Shown: positions 37,452 through 48,503, counted from the first letter of the stretch. The stretch: DNA of 64,000 nt from an uncultured virus (IMG/VR IMGVR_UViG_3300016471_000568) (IMGVR_UViG_3300016471_000568); one strand, 5' to 3'. Translations and numbers: made by a program. Notes: a model not told the origin generated them from the sequence alone.

Positions 37452-38996
37452 ATGTTTAGATTAAAATATATACTAGATGAACAGCGTAATGTTACTAAAA
37501 TTAATTTTGGAAATGTACCAAAAAAAATTTTTAATTTTGCGTATACTAATGGAGGAAGAGCGTTTACTATAAAAACAATACGACCCGGTATTCCTAATCT
37601 TTCAATTGACATAATAAAAACTATTAGTAATAGCAATTCTATAGGAGCAACATCGTCTTATGGTAAAGATCACGTGTTTATTATAAGTGCAGATTTAGCA
37701 TCGAATACAAGTAAAGATATTCGAAATGTAATAATATTACCATTATCTAGATTTGAATTATTTACAAAAATATCAACAGATGCAGCTGGTAACCCATTAG
37801 AAATATATCCAGAATATGATGTTTTAAAGAGTCCAATTGGTACAATTGGATCATCTCCGATTATTATGGAAGATGATTTTAATAAAGCAATGGCAAAGTT
37901 TCAAACATGGATAGGCGATTCAGCTGAAACTCGTAGTTTAAAACAACAACTAGCTGCAGCTCAACAAACAATAGATCAAATGAATACTAAACCAATAGAT
38001 ACTGATGATAAAGATAAAATAAATAATAAAACCGATGATAAAACTGATGATAAAATAAATAATAAAACCGATGATAAAACTGATGATAAAATAAATAACA
38101 ATAATAAAATTGATGATAAACAAGGTTTAAAGCCGACACTTTGGCGATCACCGAATAATATTCGATGGGATCGATATGATATTGATGGGGTTACGTATTT
38201 AAATCGTTCTGATAGCAAAAATTTTGAAAATAATTGGTATAAAGCTAATACTGTTGATTTTGATAATGCAAACAAAGCTGAAAATTGGGAATGGTTTAAT
38301 AATGATGCTAATATGTCTCTTTTAACTGCCGATGAAGTTACAAAAGTAAAAGAACTAATACGTACAGGAAACAAACAAAATAATAACAATAATAATTCAT
38401 CATTGGATATTAAATTACCAATAGATTATACATATAATGATTTATCTGAGATACCTATTGGAACTAGCTATATTTCTGCAAACAAAATGTGGAAGAAATA
38501 TAGCAATGATCAAGGAAAAACAATATTGGTAAATTATATATCAGTATCTTATTTTGTTGTTTTAGTTCAACAAAAAGGAAATGACCCGGCATCTTGGGAC
38601 AAGGATGAAGTTTGGAATTTGCAACGATTATGGGCTGAAACTATATTTAAAAACGATAATTTAAAACCAGCTGATTTTTGCGCGTGGGGGTTTGAAAAAG
38701 ATTCTTGGAAAAACTATTCAATACGAAATTTATTAAAACTGGAAGATTCGAAAAAGAGAACAAAAGTTGTTGTTGATGGGGACTGGGGGCCTCATAGTAA
38801 AATGATTGCACGAGTATTAAATGCATGTTTTACTAGGGAAGCTCAAGCGGCCGATGTAAAAACATTTGACGATATAAAAACAACTATTGATATCGATACA
38901 ATTGTAGATAAAATATTTCCTTTAGCTAGTAAAGAAAAAACCGCATCCGAAGCAAATGAATCTTATTTTAAATTAAAATCATTATTAAAAATATAA
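37452..38996 (+). CDS. hypothetical protein with K/D/N repeats and possible PG-binding motif
   Basis: KTDDKINN repeats; VDGDWGPHS resembles the PG-binding VDG-x-x-G-P-x-T motif. Confidence 0.7.
   Translation: MFRLKYILDEQRNVTKINFGNVPKKIFNFAYTNGGRAFTIKTIRPGIPNLSIDIIKTISNSNSIGATSSYGKDHVFIISADLASNTSKDIRNVIILPLSRFELFTKISTDAAGNPLEIYPEYDVLKSPIGTIGSSPIIMEDDFNKAMAKFQTWIGDSAETRSLKQQLAAAQQTIDQMNTKPIDTDDKDKINNKTDDKTDDKINNKTDDKTDDKINNNNKIDDKQGLKPTLWRSPNNIRWDRYDIDGVTYLNRSDSKNFENNWYKANTVDFDNANKAENWEWFNNDANMSLLTADEVTKVKELIRTGNKQNNNNNNSSLDIKLPIDYTYNDLSEIPIGTSYISANKMWKKYSNDQGKTILVNYISVSYFVVLVQQKGNDPASWDKDEVWNLQRLWAETIFKNDNLKPADFCAWGFEKDSWKNYSIRNLLKLEDSKKRTKVVVDGDWGPHSKMIARVLNACFTREAQAADVKTFDDIKTTIDIDTIVDKIFPLASKEKTASEANESYFKLKSLLKI
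37999..38120 (+). repeat. low-complexity tandem repeat (36-bp unit x2 plus partials)
   Basis: GATAAAATAAATAATAAAACCGATGATAAAACTGAT repeated. Confidence 0.8.
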
Positions 38997-39481
38997 TGAA
39001 TAAAAAAAATTATTTTCATAGCACAGGAAATTCTAAACGAGCTAATGCACTTAAACATGGTTACAAGTCTGGATTAGAACTTGAAATATCTGAACAAATA
39101 AAAAAATCTGAATACGAACTTCGTTATGAAACCGAAACATTAACATACACGGTACCGGAACGCAAAGCAAAATATACACCAGATTTTGTGTTCGTAAAAC
39201 GCAATGGAGCAACCATGTATATTGAAACAAAAGGCCGTTGGACAACTGCAGATCGCACTAAAATGAAACATGTATTGCAATCAAATCCGGGTATTGATAT
39301 AAGAATGATATTTCAGAATCCAAATCAAAAACTATCAAAAACGTCACTAACAACATATGAAACGTATGCTCGTAAATTGGGTATTGTGCATGTTGCAAAA
39401 AAAGATATACCTGCAGAGTGGATGTCGGAATGTGTTAAATTTGGAGAACATCCAGCAGATCCAAAACGTTTCTTCGGTTAA
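38996..39481 (+). CDS. Holliday junction resolvase, T7 endonuclease I family
   Basis: YKSGLE, YTPDF, IETKGRW, DIRMIF. Confidence 0.9.
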   Translation: MNKKNYFHSTGNSKRANALKHGYKSGLELEISEQIKKSEYELRYETETLTYTVPERKAKYTPDFVFVKRNGATMYIETKGRWTTADRTKMKHVLQSNPGIDIRMIFQNPNQKLSKTSLTTYETYARKLGIVHVAKKDIPAEWMSECVKFGEHPADPKRFFG

Positions 39482-39622
39482 GGTTTGTTTTTTAAAAAAA
39501 ATTTAATATATTCATGAAAATTAATGAAATTTATTTTATTAATAGATTGAAGAATTTATTGATTCGATCGTTAAGCCAGTAATGAAATGTATGTGCTTAA
39601 CATATATTATTTATTAATATAA

Positions 39623-39651
39623 TTGGATTACTTACAGAATTTCTTTATATT
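39623..39651 (+). promoter_or_regulatory. sigma70-type promoter TTGGAT-N17-TATATT
   Basis: exact 17-nt spacer; predicted +1 coincides with the primase GTG. Confidence 0.6.
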
Positions 39652-39657
39652 ATAATT

Positions 39658-40599
39658 GTGAAGAACCTTAAACTGATACAATTATTAGAATCTGTTTTAG
39701 GTAAAGGTAAATCTACTTCCGGTAATAATATTGCATTCTTTTCTCCATTTACTTCACATCATAAACCTAAATTAGAAATTGATATCAATACCAATACAGC
39801 TGGAGAAAACCCATGGCATTGTTGGATTTCTGATAAAAAAGGTCGTACTATATCTAGTTTGTTTAAACAAATGGGATTGCCTAAAGAACGATTTGAACAA
39901 TTAGCAAAGATAATTGAATCATTGCGATATCGAAATAACGTAGAAACAAAAACAGTAACTGCAATTACATTGCCGGAACATTATGCACCTTTGTGGCATA
40001 AAAAATCGACACCCGATTATCGCAATGCAATGCATTATCTAAAACAACGCAGAGTCACCATGTTAGATATTTTAAAGTATCGAATTGGTTATTGTGAACG
40101 AGGTGAATATGCTGGCAAAATAATTATTCCTAGTTACGATGATACGGGACAATTAAATTATTTTGTATCGCGAGCATTTTATAAATCTGACAAACAAAAA
40201 CATAAGAATCCTAAAATTTCAAAAGACATCGTTGGATTTGATTTAACAATAAATTGGTCACAGCCAATCATTCTGTGTGAAGGTGCATTTGATGCAATTG
40301 CAATCAAACGCAATGCAATTCCATTGTTTGGTAAAATCATTCAACCGGCATTGCAAAAAAAAATCATTGAAAAACGCGTACGCGATATCTATATTTGCCT
40401 GGATGCTGATGCACTTCGAAATGCCATACAAATTGCAGAACGATTCATGGCAGAAGGATTAAATGTTTATTTTATACAACTTCAAGATGCCGATGCATCA
40501 GAATTAGGTTTTGAACAAATTACAGAAATTATCAACAATACTGATATATTAACTTTTGAAGGCATTATGGCACTCAAAATGGACATGTTATGGACATAA
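39658..40599 (+). CDS. DNA primase (DnaG-like, TOPRIM)
   Basis: YLKQR, IIIP, ILCEGAFDAI, CLDADA. Confidence 0.85.
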   Translation: MKNLKLIQLLESVLGKGKSTSGNNIAFFSPFTSHHKPKLEIDINTNTAGENPWHCWISDKKGRTISSLFKQMGLPKERFEQLAKIIESLRYRNNVETKTVTAITLPEHYAPLWHKKSTPDYRNAMHYLKQRRVTMLDILKYRIGYCERGEYAGKIIIPSYDDTGQLNYFVSRAFYKSDKQKHKNPKISKDIVGFDLTINWSQPIILCEGAFDAIAIKRNAIPLFGKIIQPALQKKIIEKRVRDIYICLDADALRNAIQIAERFMAEGLNVYFIQLQDADASELGFEQITEIINNTDILTFEGIMALKMDMLWT

Positions 40600-43500
40600 A
40601 ACAAATAGATTCTCCTTTAGAAAAAATTGACAAAATTTTTCATATATCTGATGTACATATACGTACATTGAAACGGCATCGAGAATATCGACAAGTATTT
40701 GAAACGCTGTTTGATCATATTGAAACTCATGCAACTGCAAATAGTGTTGCCGTAGTTACTGGCGATATCGTGCACAGCAAATTAGATATGTCTCCGGAAC
40801 TAGTTCAAATGCTTGTAGATTTTTTTAATGGATTCACAATTCCTACAATTGTTATTTTAGGCAATCATGACATGAATCTAAATAACACGCATCGTATTGA
40901 TGCAATATCTCCAGTATTAGATGTTATCAAGAATCCAAACATTTATTTTATTAAAGACAACGGATTGTTTGAATTTGGCGGCATAACATGGAATCATATG
41001 GCAGTTGATAAAACTCCTGCTGATTACATTCGAGCAAAAGATTTTACGGCTTCGTATAAAATTGCATTGCATCATGGTGCCGTTAATACTGCTAAAACGG
41101 ATATTGGTTATCAAATATCAAATGAACATGTAGGTGTCGATTTGTTTGAAGGCCATGACATTACGTTGTTAGGTGATATTCATAAGCCAGCTCAATTTTT
41201 AGATGATGCCAAGACAGTTGCATATGCAGGTTCTTTGATTCAACAAAATCATGGTGAAGCATTGATTCATGGAATATTGGTTTGGGATGTAGAACAACGC
41301 AGTGCAAAGTTTCATGAAATACACAATGAATATGGTTATGTAACTATAGAAACGCAAGGAGCTACAATTGTTTCTGCACCAGCTCAAATGCCAAAACGAC
41401 CTCGAGTTCGTATTAAATTTAATGAAACTAGTGCAGCAGATATGAAAAAACTTATTGCTGCAATTCGCAAAAAATATGATGTAGAAGACATTACAATTCA
41501 ACGAACGATCGGTAGTGCTGCAACTGCAACATCATCTAGTTTAGCCGTTGGAAATGTACGCGATGTTGAATATCAAAATACTTTATTAACAGAATATATT
41601 GATTCAAATTTTCCACAAGCAACTGCAGAAGAAGTTGATGCAATTCGTTATATTAATCGCACAATCAATTCAAAATTACCTGCAGTAGAATCAATTCGTC
41701 ACACAACATGGCATCCTGTATCTTTTGAATTTGACAACATGTTTTCATATGGTGAAGGCAACGTTTTAAACTTTAATAATTTGTCCGACGTATGTGGGTT
41801 ATTTGCTGCAAATACATCTGGAAAATCTAGTTTGCTTGATGCAATTACTTATACAATATTTGATAAGTGTAGCAAAACAAGCAAAGCAAATGAAGTTTTA
41901 AACAATAAAAAAACTTGGTTCCGCGGTGTATTTCGTTTTGAAATGAATGGCATCATGTATACAATTGAACGACGTGGAACTAAAAATAAAAAGAAAGAAT
42001 CACACGTTAAAGTTGATGTAGATTTTTTTGCTGATTCGGAAAATTTAAACGGAGAAGAGCGTAGCGAAACAAATAAAAACATTCGTCGCTATTTAGGTAC
42101 ATATGATGATTTTATTTTAACTGCATTTTCACTTCAAGCTGACAACAACAATTTTATTGAAAAATCACAAAAAGAACGCAAAGATTTATTATCACAATTT
42201 TTAGATATTACTGTATTTGAACAACTTTATCAGCTTGCAGCAGATGAAATCAAAGAAACATCGGGTCGTTTAAAAGATTATAAGAAAACGGATTTTGCTG
42301 AAATTATCATTCAAGCGGATGCAGTTATTACGGAAAATCAAGACAATATTATTTCTTTAGAACAACAAGAAGATGCACAACAAGAAACAAGAAATGGTTT
42401 GCAAGAACAAATCGTTTCATTGATTGAAACAAAACTTCCAACAACGTATGATGGCCCGAATATCGATGAATTGAAATGGCAAGAACAAGAATTAATTGCT
42501 ACAATTGAATCAATTCAACAAGATATCGAAACGGCAGAACAAGACTTAGAAACATTAACTGCAGAAATTGAAACTCATGAAAAACTTGTAACACAATTTG
42601 ATGTTGATAATATTACATCTAAATTAACACAATACACAAAAATAGAACAATCGGTTAACGCACTTTTACAAAAATATCAACAACAAAAGGAAATCGTAAA
42701 TGCAAAACAAGAAAAAATTACGCATCTCGAATCTCATGAATATGATCCAAACTGCAAATACTGTACATCTAACGTTTTTGTACAAAATGCAATCGAAGCA
42801 CAAAATACAATTGATGCGGATAGAACGATACTAAATGATTTACAACAACACGTTGAAAATCTTAATACAGAATTAAAATTATTGAAACCGGTATTTGAAT
42901 TAGAAACGCAATATAACAAACTTAAAAATACTATTGCAACTAAAAAAATTACATTGGATCGCAATGAATTGCAATTACAAATACTAGAAAGTGATTTGCA
43001 AACTCGCGAGTCTGAATTAGAAACTACCATAGAACGACAAGAATCATTTCGCAAAAATGAAACTGCAATTACACACAATCAACGCGTCGACGTGCAAATC
43101 AATGAATGCAAACAACAAATTGCAACGTGCACGGATCAAATAAAAAACATACAAGAACAAATCAAATTACTGTTTGGGGCAATTGAAGTTGCACGTACAA
43201 ATAAAAGTGTTGCAATAGAACAATTGGAACGATATCGCCAATTGGAAACTGAATATAAAGCATATGGATATTATTTAGATGCAGTTAAACGAGATGGAAT
43301 TCCATATGAATTAATTTCAAAAACTATTCCTAAAATCGAATCTGAAATAAACAATGTACTTAATCAAATTGTTGATTTTAACATGGTATTAAATACTGAT
43401 GGCAAAAATATTAACGGATATATCATATATGATGAAGATAACTATTGGCCATTGGAATTAACATCTGGAATGGAACGTTTTATTTCATCGTTAGCAATTC

Positions 43501-43736
43501 GCATAGCACTTATCAATGTTTCAGCATTGCCTCGTCCTAATTTCATTGCAATAGACGAAGGCTGGGGTTCATTAGATGCAGAGCATATTTCATCAGTAGT
43601 AAACTTATTTGATTACTTTCGAACCAAATTTGATTTTTCAATTATTATCTCACACGTTGATTCTATGCGAGATATGGTAGACAATTTGATTGAAATAAAC
43701 AAAACAAACGGATTCAGCAATATCAATCATGTTTGA
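40590..43736 (+). CDS. fused Mre11/SbcD nuclease - Rad50/SbcC ATPase (gp47-gp46-like)
   Basis: SDVH, TGD, GNHD, GDIH phosphoesterase motifs; NTSGKSS Walker A; CKYC hook; SGMERF signature; IDEGWGSLD; IISH. Confidence 0.9.
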   Translation: MDIKQIDSPLEKIDKIFHISDVHIRTLKRHREYRQVFETLFDHIETHATANSVAVVTGDIVHSKLDMSPELVQMLVDFFNGFTIPTIVILGNHDMNLNNTHRIDAISPVLDVIKNPNIYFIKDNGLFEFGGITWNHMAVDKTPADYIRAKDFTASYKIALHHGAVNTAKTDIGYQISNEHVGVDLFEGHDITLLGDIHKPAQFLDDAKTVAYAGSLIQQNHGEALIHGILVWDVEQRSAKFHEIHNEYGYVTIETQGATIVSAPAQMPKRPRVRIKFNETSAADMKKLIAAIRKKYDVEDITIQRTIGSAATATSSSLAVGNVRDVEYQNTLLTEYIDSNFPQATAEEVDAIRYINRTINSKLPAVESIRHTTWHPVSFEFDNMFSYGEGNVLNFNNLSDVCGLFAANTSGKSSLLDAITYTIFDKCSKTSKANEVLNNKKTWFRGVFRFEMNGIMYTIERRGTKNKKKESHVKVDVDFFADSENLNGEERSETNKNIRRYLGTYDDFILTAFSLQADNNNFIEKSQKERKDLLSQFLDITVFEQLYQLAADEIKETSGRLKDYKKTDFAEIIIQADAVITENQDNIISLEQQEDAQQETRNGLQEQIVSLIETKLPTTYDGPNIDELKWQEQELIATIESIQQDIETAEQDLETLTAEIETHEKLVTQFDVDNITSKLTQYTKIEQSVNALLQKYQQQKEIVNAKQEKITHLESHEYDPNCKYCTSNVFVQNAIEAQNTIDADRTILNDLQQHVENLNTELKLLKPVFELETQYNKLKNTIATKKITLDRNELQLQILESDLQTRESELETTIERQESFRKNETAITHNQRVDVQINECKQQIATCTDQIKNIQEQIKLLFGAIEVARTNKSVAIEQLERYRQLETEYKAYGYYLDAVKRDGIPYELISKTIPKIESEINNVLNQIVDFNMVLNTDGKNINGYIIYDEDNYWPLELTSGMERFISSLAIRIALINVSALPRPNFIAIDEGWGSLDAEHISSVVNLFDYFRTKFDFSIIISHVDSMRDMVDNLIEINKTNGFSNINHV

Positions 43737-43760
43737 TATTTATAATAAAGTATCAAATTC

Positions 43761-46448
43761 ATGAAACGCAAAGAAGCTGTATATAAAGGTTTACAATTTA
43801 CTCCAGTTTATTTTGAAGATACATCACTAACATCCCCTGATTATTTTCAAATATCAGAATTTCCTAACAGATTAACTGCCGGAAAAAATTTGTTTAAATT
43901 GCGAGGAAATGCTCAAAATTTAAAAGTAGGTGGAGTATTAGGAATTGAAATATTGGATTACAACGGCGATCCAATTTATCATGAAGTTGTAGATTATATT
44001 GATGAAGATAAAAGTCGCGTAATTGCAATTTATATTTATAAAGATACATCGCCGGGCGATTGTACTATAACATTGCTTTCGGAAGCAGTTACAATTAACA
44101 ACATATCCGTTCCTGCAGAATGGCAAAATAAACCTAACGTACGATGGACGCGATCGGTTTCTGTTAATCCAAATGTATCAAATGTTTCGGAAATTATTTT
44201 TGAAACCGAACCTGAACTTGTTGTTGAAGAAATAATAGGAGTTCAATTAGATCGAACATATGCAAACGGGCAATTTCCGATATACACTACCGGACAAATA
44301 CGATATTATTTATATAACAATCAACCCGCAATAGAAATTACCGGAGGCACATTTACTTCAGATATGTCCACTGGTACAGTAACGGTTGCAACACCATCTA
44401 ATCCTACACCTACACCTAATTACGTAGTAGCTACAACACCTTACGTATCTACAATTAAAAAGATTCTATCACCAACTACGGCATTGTTAGATACAAATTA
44501 TACGGTTTATAGCAGCCAAAGTATTTCATCGCATACGTATAATGCATTTGAATATTCTGCATTTTCATTGTCATATGAAGCTACCCCTACATATACACCA
44601 ACGGAAAATTCACAATCATTTGCATACATACAAGTTAAAGGATTAGATCCAGCAACTGGAGATGTTTCAAGAATCAAAGTATTTACTAACAATAATGGTA
44701 CTGTTGGGTCATGGGACTTGGTTAATGATATAGAATTAGAAGAAACAGAAATATTTGTTACAAGCACTGCATCATTATACCCTGATCAGCCCGTTGGAAC
44801 ATTTGTTACGCAGAGCACAATTGATACATATTGGACAGCATCTGCATATAATGGATTTGTTGCAGCTGCGGCTCCAACGTTAACGTGGACAACGGCATCG
44901 TTAAACAATGCAATGAAAATTTCCAGTTCATTGAATTTAAATGCAAATAATTCAGTATTGCTTGTACAAACTACTAGTTCTGGATATTTTATTGCAAATT
45001 CTGCATATAAGATAACTATTGATGCTTTAGCAACAAGAACCGGTTCAGCAGATCCGGTTCTATCAGTATATTTATCTGGAAGTGCATTTTATGCAAATCC
45101 AACTGATTATTTCAATCAAGAATTTCCCGTAAAATTTGGAAAACGCATTGGAGAATTACGTAGCACGGGCAACAATCAACGCTTTGATGACGTTGTGTTA
45201 AATTTTGAATCTGAATATACCGGTAATGGTACGTTGTTATTAATAGTAGAATCTGGTGAATGGCAAGTTGCCGATATACGAGTTACCACGGATAATGATG
45301 CAGGATATTCTCCAAATTATACTAGAATCAAAACGCCAATTGTAACCACACATAAAATAAACAATCAAATTTCTTTTAAAGCAGAATATTATAATGTAGC
45401 AGGAGAAAGAAGCAAACAAATATCATATGTTTATAACAAAGATTGGGAAGGCGGAAATCGATATATTGATGGCAATTTTTCAATGCTTACCGGATCTTTG
45501 TATGTTGCAGATTCATTGAATAGTGGCGTTGCAATAAGTGGATATCCAAATTCTGGATTTGTTAGATCGCTGGGTTATGAAGGATTTACAGCCGGATTTC
45601 CTGGATTTTTACTTTGGTCAGGATCAGCCTTACCGAATAGTGCAGGTACTAAAGGAGGTGCTGCATATAGCGGAGTTGGATTAGAACTTTATGCAGATAC
45701 TTCAAGTTATTTTAGATATTCAACTACAGATTCTGAAATAGATGTTCGTACAAACAAATTCTTTTTTGGAAATCCTGCAACAACATTTATTAGTGGTGCT
45801 AATGGAAACATTGAAATTTCTGCAAGTGGATTTCATTTAACTGCACAAGGAAACGTAACGGCATCATCATTCATTGCACAACAAGGCGGCGTTGTTTTAT
45901 TTGATTCTAACAATGAATTTGTTGATGGAGCTAATGTAGGACGTGTTGTATATTTTAATCAATCGGAAAGTTTATTGGATTTGGCATTAATTGATGGAGG
46001 TGCAACTAATGCACAAACTGCATCTGTATTTCAAACATATATTTTACCAGGAGAAACTAAATGTCAAGTTTCATTTACATATGAAATTGCAAATACAGGA
46101 AGTAGTTCAGTTACATGTAATGCTCGAGCATATATTGCGACTGCAAGTTTAGGACCAACAGTTGGATCTGGATATTATGGTGCATTTCAAGATAATAGTT
46201 CTATAGGAAATCCATTTGCTATTGGAAATGCAGTTTCAGCTGCAACGACGGAATCGGGAGCACAAACAACGGAAGTTACTATAGGAAACGATTTTGCAAA
46301 TCGTCAAGGTATGTATGCACAAATATATTTAGTTGTATATACTAATACAGCTACTGCAGCTGGTACATTAAAAATGAAAAATTTTGTTTGGCGTACTAGT
46401 AGAGTTGTTGGAGGATCGACAACTACACCAGCATTACCAAAGTTGTAA
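43761..46448 (+). CDS. large beta-rich virion/tail protein
   Basis: Ser/Thr/Gly-rich composition like the other tail proteins; late box upstream. Confidence 0.65.
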   Translation: MKRKEAVYKGLQFTPVYFEDTSLTSPDYFQISEFPNRLTAGKNLFKLRGNAQNLKVGGVLGIEILDYNGDPIYHEVVDYIDEDKSRVIAIYIYKDTSPGDCTITLLSEAVTINNISVPAEWQNKPNVRWTRSVSVNPNVSNVSEIIFETEPELVVEEIIGVQLDRTYANGQFPIYTTGQIRYYLYNNQPAIEITGGTFTSDMSTGTVTVATPSNPTPTPNYVVATTPYVSTIKKILSPTTALLDTNYTVYSSQSISSHTYNAFEYSAFSLSYEATPTYTPTENSQSFAYIQVKGLDPATGDVSRIKVFTNNNGTVGSWDLVNDIELEETEIFVTSTASLYPDQPVGTFVTQSTIDTYWTASAYNGFVAAAAPTLTWTTASLNNAMKISSSLNLNANNSVLLVQTTSSGYFIANSAYKITIDALATRTGSADPVLSVYLSGSAFYANPTDYFNQEFPVKFGKRIGELRSTGNNQRFDDVVLNFESEYTGNGTLLLIVESGEWQVADIRVTTDNDAGYSPNYTRIKTPIVTTHKINNQISFKAEYYNVAGERSKQISYVYNKDWEGGNRYIDGNFSMLTGSLYVADSLNSGVAISGYPNSGFVRSLGYEGFTAGFPGFLLWSGSALPNSAGTKGGAAYSGVGLELYADTSSYFRYSTTDSEIDVRTNKFFFGNPATTFISGANGNIEISASGFHLTAQGNVTASSFIAQQGGVVLFDSNNEFVDGANVGRVVYFNQSESLLDLALIDGGATNAQTASVFQTYILPGETKCQVSFTYEIANTGSSSVTCNARAYIATASLGPTVGSGYYGAFQDNSSIGNPFAIGNAVSAATTESGAQTTEVTIGNDFANRQGMYAQIYLVVYTNTATAAGTLKMKNFVWRTSRVVGGSTTTPALPKL

Positions 46449-46470
46449 TATTTATATAAAATGGAACGTG

Positions 46471-48474
46471 ATGAATAAAATAACAGTTTTATTTCCTGGA
46501 GGATTTAAACCATTAACGGGAGCTCATTTAGCATTAGCACAACGATATGCTGAATCTCCGCAAGTAGGTCAAGTTATATTGCTAATAGGTCCCAACTCGC
46601 GCGATGGCATTACTCGAGATCAAACCATTGAAATATTCAACTTGCTCAATGATAATCCTGACATCATTATTCAACCTACACAACACAATTCACCAATTGT
46701 AGCTGCATATGAATATTTGTTTGATTTGTCATCTGATGCCACCGGTCGATATGCAATGGCAGCTTCTGCTAAAGGTGATGATTACGTTAGAGCAAAAACG
46801 TTTGTTCCAAATGTAGACAAATATGCAACGATTGGTGATAAAACAGGCCGTAAAATTCCTCCCGGAATTGATGCAACGGAATTAAGTATCGATGTAGATC
46901 CAGAAACATATGCAGATGGTACGCCCATTTCAGCTACTACGGTACGACGAGCAATTGCAAATCGAGATTACGAAACGTTTCGTGCATCATATCCACAATT
47001 TAAAGATGCCGTAGTTAAAAATGCATGGCAAATTGCAACCGGTTTGCAAGAAGCATTGTTTACTAAAGAATGGTGGACAAAAAATTTACAAGAAGATATT
47101 GATGAAGTATTTGCTGCTACAATGAATAATGCTGAAACTCGACGACATAAAAATAAAATCAACAAATTAAGTAACTATTTAGATAAACAAGGTGATCAAT
47201 CATTTACGTATGATTTTGATAAATTTCCAAAAACAGTTTATGGTGCACGACTAATGGAAGGTGGTGCAGCCGGACATATGGCGCATCCATGGGACGATCA
47301 CGGATTAACTTTCAATGATATGAAAGAAATTGTTAGCAGAGCATTAGAAGGACGGTTGGATATTGAACAAGCAGTAACTGAAAAAACTGATGGACAAAAT
47401 ATTCAAGTAACTTGGAAAAACGGGCAAATTGGTTTTGCTCGTAATAAAGGTACCATAATCAATCCAATGTCGGTACAAGAATTGCAAGATAAATTTGGAG
47501 GTAGAGGACCAATATCAGATGCATTTGGAAATGCTGCAGAAGATTTAGCAGAAGCATTTAGTCGCATACCACAAGACCAAATCAATCAAATATTTAAAAA
47601 TGGTCGCGTATTTGCAAACATGGAAATTATTTATCCAGCAACGCGCAATGTTATTGCATATGAAGTTGCCGTATTGCAGTTTCATAATTTAATAGAATAT
47701 GATGAACAAGGCAATCAAATTGAAACAGATTTATCGGGTGGAGCTACATTGCAAGGCATCATACAAGATGCTAATGCACATCTTCAAAAAACATTTTCAT
47801 TTATTCCTCCGCAACGAATCAAAATAGGACGAATATCTGATTTTGAAGATCAACAAGCAGCATTTTTCAATGAAATTGCACAATTACAAAATCGTTACGG
47901 ACTAAAAGATACGGATCGTGTTACCGAATATCATCGTGCATGGTGGCGTGATGTTATTAAAACACAAGCTCAAAAAATGGGATATGAAATTCCAGACGCC
48001 GTATTAAATGCATTGATATATCGATGGGCATTCTTTGATAAATCAGAAAGCATGACGTCACTTAAAAAACAAATTGCGAATCCAGAATTTTTAAATTGGG
48101 TAATGGAATTTGATAAAAATGAATTCAAACAATATTACAAACAAAACATGGAACCGTTTGAAACTTTATTTTTACGGTTAGGTGCAGTAGCATTGAAAAA
48201 TGCTGAAAATTTCTTGGCAGCAAATCCATCTAAAACGGTACAACAAATTAAATCTGAACTAGCACAACTTGTACAAGAATTACAAAATAATCCAAATCCT
48301 GCTACAATTTCTAAATTGGAATTAGAACTTAAACGAATTGATCGTTTAGGAGGATTTGATGCAATAGTTCCAACTGAAGGGGTAGTATTTACATATGGTG
48401 GTAATACTTATAAACTTACAGGAGCATTTGCACCAGTTAATCAGATACTAGGAGTATTGAAATACGCGCGATAA
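46471..48474 (+). CDS. HIGH-type nucleotidyltransferase fused to ligase-like (DUF6267-like) domain
   Basis: FPGGFKPLTGAH and ISATTVRRAI; EGGAAGHMAHP, TEKTDGQN, EGVVF, YKLTG; start set at the ATG after the late box. Confidence 0.7.
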   Translation: MNKITVLFPGGFKPLTGAHLALAQRYAESPQVGQVILLIGPNSRDGITRDQTIEIFNLLNDNPDIIIQPTQHNSPIVAAYEYLFDLSSDATGRYAMAASAKGDDYVRAKTFVPNVDKYATIGDKTGRKIPPGIDATELSIDVDPETYADGTPISATTVRRAIANRDYETFRASYPQFKDAVVKNAWQIATGLQEALFTKEWWTKNLQEDIDEVFAATMNNAETRRHKNKINKLSNYLDKQGDQSFTYDFDKFPKTVYGARLMEGGAAGHMAHPWDDHGLTFNDMKEIVSRALEGRLDIEQAVTEKTDGQNIQVTWKNGQIGFARNKGTIINPMSVQELQDKFGGRGPISDAFGNAAEDLAEAFSRIPQDQINQIFKNGRVFANMEIIYPATRNVIAYEVAVLQFHNLIEYDEQGNQIETDLSGGATLQGIIQDANAHLQKTFSFIPPQRIKIGRISDFEDQQAAFFNEIAQLQNRYGLKDTDRVTEYHRAWWRDVIKTQAQKMGYEIPDAVLNALIYRWAFFDKSESMTSLKKQIANPEFLNWVMEFDKNEFKQYYKQNMEPFETLFLRLGAVALKNAENFLAANPSKTVQQIKSELAQLVQELQNNPNPATISKLELELKRIDRLGGFDAIVPTEGVVFTYGGNTYKLTGAFAPVNQILGVLKYAR

Positions 48475-48503
48475 CATATTTATATTAAAATTGGAATTTA
48501 ATC

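Noticed and set aside
46384..46470. Upstream extension of the nucleotidyltransferase ORF
   Set aside because: It overlaps the previous gene and spans the late box; ATG 46471 is preferred.
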